Under the pieces are notes generated by a model. The model saw only the letters and a program-made list of their open reading frames with translations, was not told the DNA's origin and ran no database searches. The position numbers were made by a program, and so were the translations under genes. Below, in pieces: positions 1 through 11,699 of a stretch of DNA of 64,000 bases (positions are counted from its first letter, which is position 1; each line of letters starts with the position of its first letter). The stretch is from Escherichia phage vB_Eco_F25: the sequence record OP870144.1, one strand, 5' to 3'.

Positions 1-720
<720 letters not shown>

Positions 721-748
721 TATTAAAGCATATTAAAGAGGATTAAAA

Positions 749-2728
749 ATGACTTTATTATCTCCGGGCATTGAGCTCAAAGAAACTACGGTTCAAAGCA
801 CCGTTGTTAATAACTCTACTGGTACAGCAGCTTTGGCCGGTAAATTCCAGTGGGGTCCTGCTTTTCAGATTAAACAGGTTACAAATGAAGTAGATTTAGT
901 TAATACTTTTGGTCAACCTACAGCTGAAACTGCTGATTATTTTATGTCTGCAATGAATTTCTTACAATATGGAAATGATTTGCGAGTTGTGCGTGCTGTC
1001 GATAGAGATACCGCTAAAAACTCATCTCCGATTGCTGGTAATATTGAATACACTATTTCAGCCCCAGGTAGTAACTACGCGGTTGGAGATAAAATCACGG
1101 TTAAGTATGTTTCAGAAAATGTTGAAACAGAGGGTAAAATTACCGAAGTAGATGCTGATGGAAAAATTAAGAAAATTAATATTCCTACCGCAAAAATTAT
1201 CGCTAAAGCGAAAGAAGTCGGTGAATATCCAGCATTAGGTTCTAACTGGACCGCGGAAATTTCTTCGTCTTCCTCTGGTTTAGCTGCAGTAATAACTCTT
1301 GGAAAAATTATTACTGATTCCGGTATTTTATTAGCTGAAATTGAAAATGCTGAAGCTGCTATGACAGCGGTTGACTTTCAGGCAAATCTCGAAAAATATG
1401 GAATTCCAGGAGTAGTAGCTCTTTATCCAGGCGAGTTGGGCGATAAAATCGAAATTGAAATCGTATCTAAAGCTGACTACGCAAAAGGTGCTTCTGCATT
1501 ACTCCCAATTTATCCAGGTGGTGGAACACGCGCATCTACTGCCAAGGCAGTGTTTGGATATGGACCACAAACTGATTCACAATACGCTATTATAGTTCGT
1601 CGTAATGATGCTATTGTTCAAAGCGTTGTTCTTTCAACAAAGCGTGGTGAAAAAGATATTTACGATAGTAACATCTATATTGATGACTTTTTCGCAAAAG
1701 GTGGTTCAGAATATATTTTTGCAACTGCACAAAACTGGCCAGAAGGCTTCTCTGGAATTTTAACTCTGTCTGGTGGATTATCATCAAATGCTGAAGTAAC
1801 AGCAGGAGATTTGATGGAAGCCTGGGACTTCTTTGCTGACCGTGAATCCGTTGACGTTCAGTTGTTTATTGCGGGTTCTTGTGCCGGTGAATCTTTAGAA
1901 ACAGCATCTACTGTCCAAAAACACGTCGTTTCAATTGGGGATGCTCGCCAAGATTGCTTAGTATTGTGCTCACCACCGCGTGAAACTGTAGTTGGAATTC
2001 CTGTAACTCGTGCTGTCGATAACTTAGTCAATTGGAGAACTGCAACGGGTTCATACACTGATAATAACTTTAATATCAGTTCAACCTATGCAGCAATTGA
2101 TGGTAACTACAAATATCAGTATGACAAATATAATGATGTAAATCGCTGGGTTCCATTAGCAGCTGATATTGCCGGTTTATGTGCAAGAACCGATAACGTT
2201 TCTCAGACTTGGATGTCTCCAGCTGGTTATAATCGCGGTCAGATTCTTAACGTTATTAAACTTGCTATTGAAACTCGCCAAGCTCAGCGCGACCGTTTAT
2301 ACCAAGAAGCTATCAACCCAGTAACTGGTACAGGTGGTGATGGTTACGTATTATATGGTGATAAAACAGCTACTTCTGTTCCTTCTCCATTTGATCGTAT
2401 TAACGTTCGTCGTCTGTTTAATATGTTGAAAACGAATATCGGACGTAGTTCAAAATATCGTTTGTTCGAATTAAACAACGCGTTTACTCGTTCATCATTC
2501 CGCACAGAAACTGCCCAATACTTACAGGGAATTAAAGCTCTCGGTGGAATTTATGAATATCGTGTAGTTTGCGATACAACAAATAATACTCCGTCAGTAA
2601 TTGATAGAAATGAGTTTGTTGCAACATTCTACATCCAACCGGCTAGAAGCATTAACTACATTACCTTGAACTTCGTAGCAACTGCTACTGGTGCAGATTT
2701 CGATGAGTTAACTGGTCTTGCAGGTTAA
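749..2728 (+). CDS. 18: contractile tail sheath protein gp18
   Basis: 659-aa ORF, same length as T4 gp18; position between 17 and 19; preceded by TATAAATA late promoter. Confidence 0.95.
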   Translation: MTLLSPGIELKETTVQSTVVNNSTGTAALAGKFQWGPAFQIKQVTNEVDLVNTFGQPTAETADYFMSAMNFLQYGNDLRVVRAVDRDTAKNSSPIAGNIEYTISAPGSNYAVGDKITVKYVSENVETEGKITEVDADGKIKKINIPTAKIIAKAKEVGEYPALGSNWTAEISSSSSGLAAVITLGKIITDSGILLAEIENAEAAMTAVDFQANLEKYGIPGVVALYPGELGDKIEIEIVSKADYAKGASALLPIYPGGGTRASTAKAVFGYGPQTDSQYAIIVRRNDAIVQSVVLSTKRGEKDIYDSNIYIDDFFAKGGSEYIFATAQNWPEGFSGILTLSGGLSSNAEVTAGDLMEAWDFFADRESVDVQLFIAGSCAGESLETASTVQKHVVSIGDARQDCLVLCSPPRETVVGIPVTRAVDNLVNWRTATGSYTDNNFNISSTYAAIDGNYKYQYDKYNDVNRWVPLAADIAGLCARTDNVSQTWMSPAGYNRGQILNVIKLAIETRQAQRDRLYQEAINPVTGTGGDGYVLYGDKTATSVPSPFDRINVRRLFNMLKTNIGRSSKYRLFELNNAFTRSSFRTETAQYLQGIKALGGIYEYRVVCDTTNNTPSVIDRNEFVATFYIQPARSINYITLNFVATATGADFDELTGLAG

Positions 2729-2744
2729 TACGGTGCATTCTAAA

Positions 2745-2762
2745 GGCCTGTTTCGGCAGGCC
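2745..2762 (+). other. RNA hairpin after gene 18 (6-bp GC stem)
   Basis: GGCCTG-TTTCGG-CAGGCC; no U-tract, so likely an RNA stability/processing element rather than a terminator. Confidence 0.45.
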
Positions 2763-2763
2763 A

Positions 2764-2771
2764 TATAAATA
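2764..2771 (+). promoter_or_regulatory. late promoter TATAAATA (gene 19, distal)
   Basis: Exact TATAAATA after hairpin following gene 18. Confidence 0.6.
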
Positions 2772-2822
2772 CACTATATCCTTAATTCTTTAATTCTATA
2801 TGCCCTAGGTTAAACATAGGGA

Positions 2823-2830
2823 TATAAATA
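2823..2830 (+). promoter_or_regulatory. late promoter TATAAATA (gene 19, proximal)
   Basis: Exact TATAAATA 15 nt upstream of gene 19 ATG. Confidence 0.55.
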
Positions 2831-2844
2831 CTACAGAGGCTAAT

Positions 2845-3336
2845 ATGTTTGTAGATGATGTAACACGAGCGTTTGAATCTGGTGATTTTGCTCGACCTAA
2901 CTTATTCCAAGTAGAAATTTCTTATCTTGGACAAAATTTTACGTTTCAATGCAAAGCCACTGCTTTACCAGCTGGTATTGTAGAAAAAATTCCAGTCGGA
3001 TTTATGAACCGTAAAATTAACGTAGCAGGCGATCGTACATTCGATGACTGGACTATTACAGTAATGAATGATGAGGCACATGATGCACGCCAGAAGTTTG
3101 TTGACTGGCAAAGCATTGCTGCTGGGCAAGGAAACGAAATTACTGGTGGAAAACCAGCAGAGTATAAAAAGAGTGCTATTGTACGCCAATATGCTCGTGA
3201 CGCTAAAACTGTAACAAAAGAAGTCGAAATTAAAGGCCTGTGGCCTACTAACGTGGGTGAACTTCAGTTAGATTGGGATTCAAACAATGAAATCCAAACC
3301 TTTGAAGTAACTCTTGCTCTCGATTATTGGGAATAA
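2845..3336 (+). CDS. 19: tail tube protein gp19
   Basis: 163-aa ORF, T4 gp19 length and position; two TATAAATA motifs upstream. Confidence 0.95.
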   Translation: MFVDDVTRAFESGDFARPNLFQVEISYLGQNFTFQCKATALPAGIVEKIPVGFMNRKINVAGDRTFDDWTITVMNDEAHDARQKFVDWQSIAAGQGNEITGGKPAEYKKSAIVRQYARDAKTVTKEVEIKGLWPTNVGELQLDWDSNNEIQTFEVTLALDYWE

Positions 3337-3341
3337 AATGA

Positions 3342-3359
3342 ATGGGGAGAAATCCCCAT
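3342..3359 (+). other. RNA hairpin with GAAA tetraloop between genes 19 and 20
   Basis: ATGGGGA-GAAA-TCCCCAT perfect 7-bp stem. Confidence 0.45.
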
Positions 3360-3368
3360 CCTGCTTAA

Positions 3369-4993
<1,625 letters not shown>

Positions 4994-4994
<1 letters not shown>

Positions 4995-5233
4995 TGGAAG
5001 GTTTAATTGAAGCTATTAAATCAAACGACCTCGTAGCCGCTCGTAAATTATTTGCTGAAGCCATGGCTGCAAGAACGACTGATTTAATCAAAGAAGAAAA
5101 AATCACTATCGCTCGTAATTTCTTAATCGAAGGTGAAGAACCTGAAGATGAAGATGAAGATGATGACGAAGATAGCGATGATAAAGACGACAAAAAAGAC
5201 AAAGACTCTGACGAAGACGAGGATGATGAATAA
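4994..5233 (+). CDS. 67: prohead core protein gp67 with acidic D/E-rich C-terminal tail
   Basis: 79-aa ORF overlapping gene 20 stop (ATGA-type coupling); poly-Asp/Glu tail; T4 gene order. Confidence 0.85.
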
Positions 5234-5658
5234 TGATTCTAATCCCTGAAACTCATGAATTAGTTCTCGAGAATGTCGAAGCACTTATTCCTGAAGCACA
5301 GGGTCGCTTTGACGAGTTGTCTTCTGCTTTAAATAAAGACGATATAAATAAAATTATCGAGAATATGCTTGATGATGAAACTGATTTAGCGGTTGCATTA
5401 GCTTCTATTAATGAAAATATGCCGTTAAATGAATTCATCGTTAAACATGTTTCTGCCCGTGGTGAAATTACTCGCACTAAAGATCGCAAAACCCGCGAAC
5501 GTAATGCATTTCAAACTACCGGGTTGTCTAAAGCAAAACGTAGACAAATTGCTCGTAAAGCTACCAAAACGAAGATTGCCAATCCAGCAGGTCAATCTCG
5601 TGCTCAGCGTAAGCGTAAAAAAGCTCTTAAACGCCGTAAAGCATTAGGATTAAGCTAA
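5233..5658 (+). CDS. 68: prohead core protein gp68
   Basis: 141-aa ORF, start overlaps gene 67 stop; basic C-terminus; T4 gene order. Confidence 0.85.
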   Translation: MILIPETHELVLENVEALIPEAQGRFDELSSALNKDDINKIIENMLDDETDLAVALASINENMPLNEFIVKHVSARGEITRTKDRKTRERNAFQTTGLSKAKRRQIARKATKTKIANPAGQSRAQRKRKKALKRRKALGLS

Positions 5659-6296
5659 TGAATGAACCCCAATTACTAATTGAAACTTGGGGTCAACCTG
5701 GCGAAATTATTGATGGCGTACCAATGCTTGAATCTCATGATGGAAAAGACTTAGGTTTAAAACCTGGTTTATACATCGAAGGAATATTTATGCAAGCGGA
5801 AGTCGTCAATAGAAATAAACGTCTTTATCCAAAACGCATATTAGAAAAAGCGGTAAAAGACTATATTAATGAGCAAGTTTTAACTAAACAAGCTCTCGGA
5901 GAATTAAATCATCCTCCACGCGCTAATGTTGACCCGATGCAAGCCGCTATCATTATAGAAGATATGTGGTGGAAAGGAAATGACGTATACGGACGAGCTC
6001 GTGTTATTGAAGGTGACCATGGTCCTGGAGATAAATTAGCAGCTAATATTCGTGCCGGATGGATTCCAGGAGTTTCTTCTCGTGGATTAGGTTCATTGAC
6101 TGACACAAATAAAGGTTATCGTATCGTAAACGAAGGATTCAAATTAACTGTAGGTGTTGATGCAGTATGGGGTCCAAGTGCTCCAGATGCATGGGTAACT
6201 CCTAAGGAAATTACAGAATCACAGACGGCGGAAGCCGATACAAGTGCCGATGACGCCTATATGGCTCTCGCAGAGGCCATGAAAAAAGCGTTATAA
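5658..6296 (+). CDS. 21: prohead core scaffold protein and protease gp21
   Basis: 212-aa ORF, length and position as T4 gp21. Confidence 0.9.
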   Translation: MNEPQLLIETWGQPGEIIDGVPMLESHDGKDLGLKPGLYIEGIFMQAEVVNRNKRLYPKRILEKAVKDYINEQVLTKQALGELNHPPRANVDPMQAAIIIEDMWWKGNDVYGRARVIEGDHGPGDKLAANIRAGWIPGVSSRGLGSLTDTNKGYRIVNEGFKLTVGVDAVWGPSAPDAWVTPKEITESQTAEADTSADDAYMALAEAMKKAL

Positions 6297-6299
6297 ATA
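6292..6299 (+). promoter_or_regulatory. late promoter TATAAATA for gene 22
   Basis: Exact motif overlapping gene 21 stop, 28 nt upstream of gene 22 ATG. Confidence 0.7.
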
Positions 6300-6326
6300 T
6301 TATTATCTAAACAACAGGACTACAAA

Positions 6327-7136
6327 ATGCTTAAAGAACAACTGATTGCCGAAGCGCAGAAAATTGATGCTTCCGTTGCTCTTGATAGTATTTTCGAATC
6401 AGTTAATATTTCTCCGGAAGCAAAAGAAACTTTCGGCACTGTATTCGAAGCTACCGTCAAGCAGCACGCCGTTAAATTAGCTGAATCTCATATCGCTAAA
6501 ATTGCTGAAAAAGCAGAAGAAGAAGTAGAAAAAAATAAAGAAGAAGCAGAAGAAAAAGCTGAGAAGAAAATCGCTGAGCAAGCTTCTAAATTCCTTGACC
6601 ATCTTGCAAAAGAATGGCTCACTGAAAATAAATTAGCAGTAGATAAAGGTATCAAAGCCGAACTGTTTGAATCCATGCTTGGTGGATTGAAAGAGCTCTT
6701 CGTTGAACACAACGTTGTTGTTCCAGAAGAATCAGTTGATGTTGTAGCTGAAATGGAAGAAGAACTGCAAGAACATAAAGAAGAATCAGCTCGTCTGTTC
6801 GAAGAACTCAATAAGCGTGACGCATATATCAATTATGTGCAGCGTGAAGTGGCATTGAGCGAAAGTACTAAAGATCTGACTGAGTCTCAAAAAGAAAAAG
6901 TCTCTGCTCTGGTCGAAGGTATTGATTATTCAGATGCATTCTCAAGCAAATTGAGTGCCATCGTAGAAATGGTGAAGAAATCTAATAAAGATGAAAGCGC
7001 TATTACTGAGAGTATAAATACTCCTGATACTGAAGCAGCCGGACTGAATTTCGTCACTGAAGCTGTAGAAGATAAATCTGCGCAAGGTGCAGAAGATATT
7101 GTAAGTGTATATGCGAAAGTCGCATCTCGTTTCTAA
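6327..7136 (+). CDS. 22: major prohead scaffolding core protein gp22
   Basis: 269-aa highly charged coiled-coil-like ORF; T4 gp22 length; contains gene 23 late promoter near its 3' end. Confidence 0.9.
   Translation: MLKEQLIAEAQKIDASVALDSIFESVNISPEAKETFGTVFEATVKQHAVKLAESHIAKIAEKAEEEVEKNKEEAEEKAEKKIAEQASKFLDHLAKEWLTENKLAVDKGIKAELFESMLGGLKELFVEHNVVVPEESVDVVAEMEEELQEHKEESARLFEELNKRDAYINYVQREVALSESTKDLTESQKEKVSALVEGIDYSDAFSSKLSAIVEMVKKSNKDESAITESINTPDTEAAGLNFVTEAVEDKSAQGAEDIVSVYAKVASRF
7013..7020 (+). promoter_or_regulatory. late promoter TATAAATA for gene 23 (inside gene 22)
   Basis: Exact motif about 135 nt upstream of gene 23 ATG, within gene 22 coding sequence. Confidence 0.65.
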
Positions 7137-7154
7137 TTTTAAAGGTTAACACAA

Positions 7155-8720
7155 ATGACTATCAAAACTAAAGCTGAACTTTTGAACAAATGGAAGCCAT
7201 TACTGGAAGGTGAAGGTTTACCGGAAATTGCTAATAGCAAACAAGCGATTATCGCTAAAATCTTTGAAAACCAGGAAAAAGATTTCCAGACAGCTCCGGA
7301 ATATAAAGACGAAAAAATTGCTCAGGCATTCGGTTCTTTCTTAACAGAAGCTGAAATCGGTGGTGACCACGGTTACAATGCCACCAACATCGCTGCAGGT
7401 CAGACTTCTGGCGCAGTAACTCAGATTGGCCCAGCTGTTATGGGTATGGTACGTCGTGCTATTCCTAACCTGATTGCTTTCGATATTTGCGGTGTTCAGC
7501 CGATGAACAGCCCGACTGGCCAGGTATTCGCGCTGCGCGCAGTATATGGTAAAGATCCAATCGCTTCCGGCGCTAAAGAAGCATTCCACCCAATGTATGG
7601 TCCAGATGCAATGTTCTCTGGTCAGGGTGCTGCTAAGAAATTCGCTGCTTTGAAAGCAAGTGATACTCTTGAAGTTGGAACTATTTACACCCACTTCTTC
7701 CAGGACACTGGTACTGTGTATCTGCAAGCTACAGAAGCTAAACAAATTGATTCAGGCGCATCTGACGCAGCTAAATTAGATGCTGAAATTAAGAAACAAA
7801 TGGAAGCAGGTGTACTGGTAGAAATCGCTGAAGGTATGGCTACTTCTATCGCTGAACTCCAGGAAGGTTTTAACGGTTCTACCGATAACCCATGGAATGA
7901 AATGGGCTTCCGTATCGATAAGCAAGTTATCGAAGCTAAATCTCGTCAGCTGAAAGCTGCTTACTCTATTGAATTAGCACAAGACCTCCGCGCTGTTCAT
8001 GGTATGGATGCTGATGCTGAACTGTCTGGTATTCTGGCTACCGAAATTATGCTGGAAATCAACCGCGAAGTTGTTGATTGGATTAACTACTCCGCTCAGG
8101 TTGGTAAATCTGGTATGACCCTGACTCCGGGTTCTAAAGCTGGTGTATTCGACTTCCAGGACCCAATCGATATTCGTGGTGCTCGCTGGGCGGGTGAATC
8201 CTTTAAAGCTCTGTTGTTCCAGATTGACAAAGAAGCAGTTGAAATTGCTCGTCAAACCGGTCGTGGTGAAGGTAACTTCATTATCGCTTCCCGTAACGTA
8301 GTTAACGTTCTGGCTTCAGTTGATACCGGCATTTCTTATGCTGCACAAGGTCTGGCTACCGGCTTTAACACTGATACTACCAAGTCAGTATTTGCTGGTG
8401 TTCTGGGTGGTAAATACCGTGTATATATCGACCAGTATGCTAAACAGGATTATTTCACTGTAGGTTATAAAGGTCCGAACGAAATGGATGCTGGTATTTA
8501 CTACGCTCCATATGTAGCTCTGACTCCACTGCGTGGTTCTGATCCGAAGAACTTCCAACCGGTAATGGGGTTCAAAACTCGTTACGGTATCGGTATCAAC
8601 CCATTTGCAGAATCCGCTGCTCAGGCTCCGGCTTCTCGCATTCAGAGTGGTATGCCTTCTATCCTGAACAGCCTTGGTAAGAACGCTTACTTCCGCCGTG
8701 TATATGTTAAAGGTATCTAA
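7155..8720 (+). CDS. 23: major capsid protein gp23
   Basis: 521-aa ORF, T4 gp23 length; strongly biased codon usage typical of highly expressed late gene; terminator hairpin downstream. Confidence 0.97.
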   Translation: MTIKTKAELLNKWKPLLEGEGLPEIANSKQAIIAKIFENQEKDFQTAPEYKDEKIAQAFGSFLTEAEIGGDHGYNATNIAAGQTSGAVTQIGPAVMGMVRRAIPNLIAFDICGVQPMNSPTGQVFALRAVYGKDPIASGAKEAFHPMYGPDAMFSGQGAAKKFAALKASDTLEVGTIYTHFFQDTGTVYLQATEAKQIDSGASDAAKLDAEIKKQMEAGVLVEIAEGMATSIAELQEGFNGSTDNPWNEMGFRIDKQVIEAKSRQLKAAYSIELAQDLRAVHGMDADAELSGILATEIMLEINREVVDWINYSAQVGKSGMTLTPGSKAGVFDFQDPIDIRGARWAGESFKALLFQIDKEAVEIARQTGRGEGNFIIASRNVVNVLASVDTGISYAAQGLATGFNTDTTKSVFAGVLGGKYRVYIDQYAKQDYFTVGYKGPNEMDAGIYYAPYVALTPLRGSDPKNFQPVMGFKTRYGIGINPFAESAAQAPASRIQSGMPSILNSLGKNAYFRRVYVKGI

Positions 8721-8733
8721 TCTTTGACGATTT

Positions 8734-8753
8734 AAGGGACCTTCGGGTCCCTT
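8734..8753 (+). terminator. hairpin terminator after gene 23
   Basis: AAGGGACC-TTCG-GGTCCCTT followed by T-rich tract. Confidence 0.7.
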
Positions 8754-8768
8754 TAGTTGTTTTTATGG

Positions 8769-8776
8769 TATAAATA
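8769..8776 (+). promoter_or_regulatory. late promoter TATAAATA for gene 24
   Basis: Exact motif 28 nt upstream of gene 24 ATG, after gene 23 terminator. Confidence 0.7.
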
Positions 8777-8803
8777 AATCATATAAACTGAAAGGAAAGC
8801 GCA

Positions 8804-10087
8804 ATGGCTAAAATCAACGAACTTCTGCGCGAATCAACCACAACGAATAGCAACTCAATCGGTCGCCCAAATCTCGTTGCTTTGACTCGCGCTACCACTA
8901 AATTAATATATTCTGACATTGTAGCAACGCAAAGAACTAATCAACCTGTTGCTGCTTTTTATGGTATCAAATACCTTAACCCAGACAACGAATTTACATT
9001 TAAAACTGGTGCTACTTATGCTGGCGAAGCTGGATATGTAGACCGAGAAAAAATCACAGAATTAACAGAAGAGTCTAAATTAACTCTCAATAAAGGCGAT
9101 TTATTCAAATATAATAATATCGTTTATAAAGTATTAGAAGATACACCATTTGCTGATATTGAAGAAAGTGATTTAGAATTAGCTCTTCAGATTGCAATTG
9201 TTCTTTTAAAGGTTCGTCTATTTTCTGACGCAGCGTCAACAAGCAAATTTGAAAGCTCTGATAGTGAAATTGCGGATGCTAGATTCCAGATTAATAAATG
9301 GCAAACCGCAGTTAAATCTCGTAAACTTAAAACTGGTATCACGGTTGAATTAGCACAAGATTTAGAAGCAAATGGATTCGATGCTCCTAATTTCTTAGAA
9401 GATTTGCTTGCAACTGAAATGGCAGATGAAATCAATAAAGATATTCTGCAGTCTTTGATTACAGTATCAAAACGTTATAAAGTTACAGGAATTACTGATA
9501 CTGGATTCATTGATTTGAGTTATGCATCTGCACCTGAAGCTGGTCGTTCATTATACCGAATGGTATGTGAAATGGTTTCGCATATCCAAAAAGAATCAAC
9601 TTATACAGCAACGTTCTGTGTTGCTTCAGCTCGTGCCGCTGCGATTCTTGCTGCATCTGGTTGGTTAAAACATAAACCAGAAGATGATAAATATCTTTCA
9701 CAAAATGCCTACGGGTTCTTAGCTAATGGTTTACCGCTTTATTGCGATACTAATAGCCCATTAGATTATGTAATCGTTGGCGTAGTAGAAAATATCGGTG
9801 AAAAAGAAATTGTTGGATCAATTTTCTATGCTCCGTATACAGAAGGTCTCGACTTAGATGACCCTGAACATGTAGGTGCATTTAAAGTTGTGGTTGATCC
9901 AGAAAGCTTACAACCGTCTATCGGTTTATTAGTTAGATATGCTTTATCTGCAAATCCTTACACCGTAGCAAAAGATGAAAAAGAAGCAAGAGTAATTGAT
10001 GGTGGAGACATGGATAAAATGGCGGGTCGTTCAGATTTGTCTGTTTTATTAGGTGTTAAGCTACCGAAAATTATCATTGATGAATAA
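8804..10087 (+). CDS. 24: capsid vertex protein gp24
   Basis: 427-aa ORF, gp23 paralogue-like, T4 gp24 length and position. Confidence 0.93.
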   Translation: MAKINELLRESTTTNSNSIGRPNLVALTRATTKLIYSDIVATQRTNQPVAAFYGIKYLNPDNEFTFKTGATYAGEAGYVDREKITELTEESKLTLNKGDLFKYNNIVYKVLEDTPFADIEESDLELALQIAIVLLKVRLFSDAASTSKFESSDSEIADARFQINKWQTAVKSRKLKTGITVELAQDLEANGFDAPNFLEDLLATEMADEINKDILQSLITVSKRYKVTGITDTGFIDLSYASAPEAGRSLYRMVCEMVSHIQKESTYTATFCVASARAAAILAASGWLKHKPEDDKYLSQNAYGFLANGLPLYCDTNSPLDYVIVGVVENIGEKEIVGSIFYAPYTEGLDLDDPEHVGAFKVVVDPESLQPSIGLLVRYALSANPYTVAKDEKEARVIDGGDMDKMAGRSDLSVLLGVKLPKIIIDE

Positions 10088-10090
10088 AAC

Positions 10091-10112
10091 AAAGGGACCG
10101 AAAGGTCCCTTT
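10091..10112. terminator. bidirectional hairpin terminator between convergent genes 24 and rnlB
   Basis: AAAGGGACC-GAAA-GGTCCCTTT flanked by A-run and T-run. Confidence 0.75.
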
Positions 10113-10116
10113 TTAT

Positions 10117-11121
10117 TTAGCTCACCAACTCAATCCAAGCCGGACGAAGTACATCTTGTACCATTTTAACTAATTCCTTTTTAACCAAAGAAGGATTATC
10201 CGCTTGAGTTAGAGTAATACCTTCACGAGAAGTTTCTTCCAAAATATCTTGAACAGTTAATCCCATCACCTTTCCAAAATCTTTTGGACCAATTTCGCCA
10301 ATTTTGGAAATAACGTTATTTACTCGGTTCAATGTAACATAACAAGCTAAAATTCCAACCAATTTATTATCAGCTTCTGACAATTCAACTTTAGCTTTAA
10401 TAGGCTTATCAGACTTTTTCTTTTCACTAAATTTAGAGTTCTTGCATTTAATCGCTACGCGATTGCCATTAGGCATCCAAGAAGGATAGCAAGGTTTCAA
10501 TACATATCCTTCAGCAGTAAATACTTCGCCTTTTGCTTCGGCATTCCAGACGCATTTATTTGCATCAACTAATCCAGCATGGTCTACTGTAAAATTATAA
10601 TCTTGGACGACAGAATCTAAATCATTTGGCAATTTAATAAGCTCTTCAAATTTACCGCGACCTAAAAGTGGAGCCATTTTAAATTTAAATGTATTACAGA
10701 ATGATTCCATCATATAATCATCGACATAAGTCACATCACCGCTTTCGGTAGTAACAATAATGTCAAATACATAAAAATCTTTATCGCCATAATCGACATT
10801 CTTCTGAATGCCAGGTCCAGCGAATTCGCCAAAAACTTGATAAGATACAACTGCTGAAGTTTCCATAATATCTTGTACTGCTTTAATGGAATCAGTGTAA
10901 TTCTTTAGAATAATTTCATACCCAAAGAAATCTTCAGCAGGAAGAATAGGACCAGTACGTTTAGCACAAGTTGCTTTATCGCGCTCAATAATCAACGAGA
11001 AATTTGTACCATGAATCTTTTCACGAGCTACCCATTCGCCGCCAGTCAATCCTAAACTGTAAAGTTTTTCAATGAATTTAGAATTGTAATGATTTTCAAG
11101 ACTGCTATACTTTTTAAACAT
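10117..11121 (-). CDS. rnlB: RNA ligase 2 (Rnl2)
   Basis: 334-aa ORF with nucleotidyltransferase lysine motif KIHGTN near N-terminus; T4 Rnl2 length and position after gene 24. Confidence 0.92.
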   Translation of the reverse strand: MFKKYSSLENHYNSKFIEKLYSLGLTGGEWVAREKIHGTNFSLIIERDKATCAKRTGPILPAEDFFGYEIILKNYTDSIKAVQDIMETSAVVSYQVFGEFAGPGIQKNVDYGDKDFYVFDIIVTTESGDVTYVDDYMMESFCNTFKFKMAPLLGRGKFEELIKLPNDLDSVVQDYNFTVDHAGLVDANKCVWNAEAKGEVFTAEGYVLKPCYPSWMPNGNRVAIKCKNSKFSEKKKSDKPIKAKVELSEADNKLVGILACYVTLNRVNNVISKIGEIGPKDFGKVMGLTVQDILEETSREGITLTQADNPSLVKKELVKMVQDVLRPAWIELVS

Positions 11122-11130
11122 AATTAATCC

Positions 11131-11409
11131 TCAGAATGTAATTTCTAACCAATCACCATCACGCTGGTCACTATTGACTTTAAAGCTAAATCCTTCTTTT
11201 CTCAGCCAATCACCAATTTCTTCAGTAATCAATTTATCACGAGCAGTACAATAATAACTAAAATATGTTTTACCTTGTTCAGCTGCTTTATTAGCAAGTT
11301 CCGAAAAATCTTTAATAAAACACTCTAGCTTAAACTGTTTGCTTTTAAGTGCTTTTTCGCGTAATTGATTAGCAAAAGATTCATTTTCATAAAGATCATA
11401 CTGTTCCAT
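11131..11409 (-). CDS. 24.2: hypothetical protein (T4 24.2 position)
   Basis: 92-aa ORF co-oriented with rnlB; synteny only. Confidence 0.6.
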   Translation of the reverse strand: MEQYDLYENESFANQLREKALKSKQFKLECFIKDFSELANKAAEQGKTYFSYYCTARDKLITEEIGDWLRKEGFSFKVNSDQRDGDWLEITF

Positions 11410-11611
11410 TTTTCACCTTTTTATTAATATGTCTTTTTCTATAGACAACTTTTTCTCGAGTCTCAAATTTATTCTTAGCAGTCATAGCTCGAGCCCATAA
11501 TACAGCTACTTCCTTTGCCTGTAAGTTCAATTCACGAGCAATTTCAATGAATGACTTTCCAGACTCATGGAGTGTAAACACCACAACCTCAGTTCTCATA
11601 ATCAATCTCAT
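11396..11611 (-). CDS. 24.3: hypothetical small protein with helix-turn-helix-like segment (T4 24.3 position)
   Basis: 71-aa ORF overlapping 24.2 start; segment KSFIEIARELNLQAKEVAVLWARA resembles sigma region-4/LuxR-type HTH. Confidence 0.55.
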   Translation of the reverse strand: MRLIMRTEVVVFTLHESGKSFIEIARELNLQAKEVAVLWARAMTAKNKFETREKVVYRKRHINKKVKNGTV

Positions 11612-11679
11612 GTTATCGAGTTGGTGCCATTATATACATCGTTTTCTGATTGCGTTTTGTGTGCTTTCAAAATGAAGAA

Positions 11680-11695
11680 AGGGGCCGAAGCCCCT
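11680..11695 (-). terminator. hairpin terminator after hoc
   Basis: AGGGGC-CGAA-GCCCCT; on minus strand followed by TTTCTTCATTTT. Confidence 0.6.
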
Positions 11696-11699
11696 GAGA

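Noticed and set aside
5240-5250. CRISPR arrays or rRNA genes anywhere in the window
   Set aside because: No regularly spaced direct repeats with unique spacers and no rRNA-like conserved sequence were seen; coordinates given are only a placeholder for a window-wide negative.
6488-6832. 114-aa Ser-rich minus-strand ORF inside gene 22
   Set aside because: Mirror image of the Glu/Lys-rich gene 22 frame; no start context.
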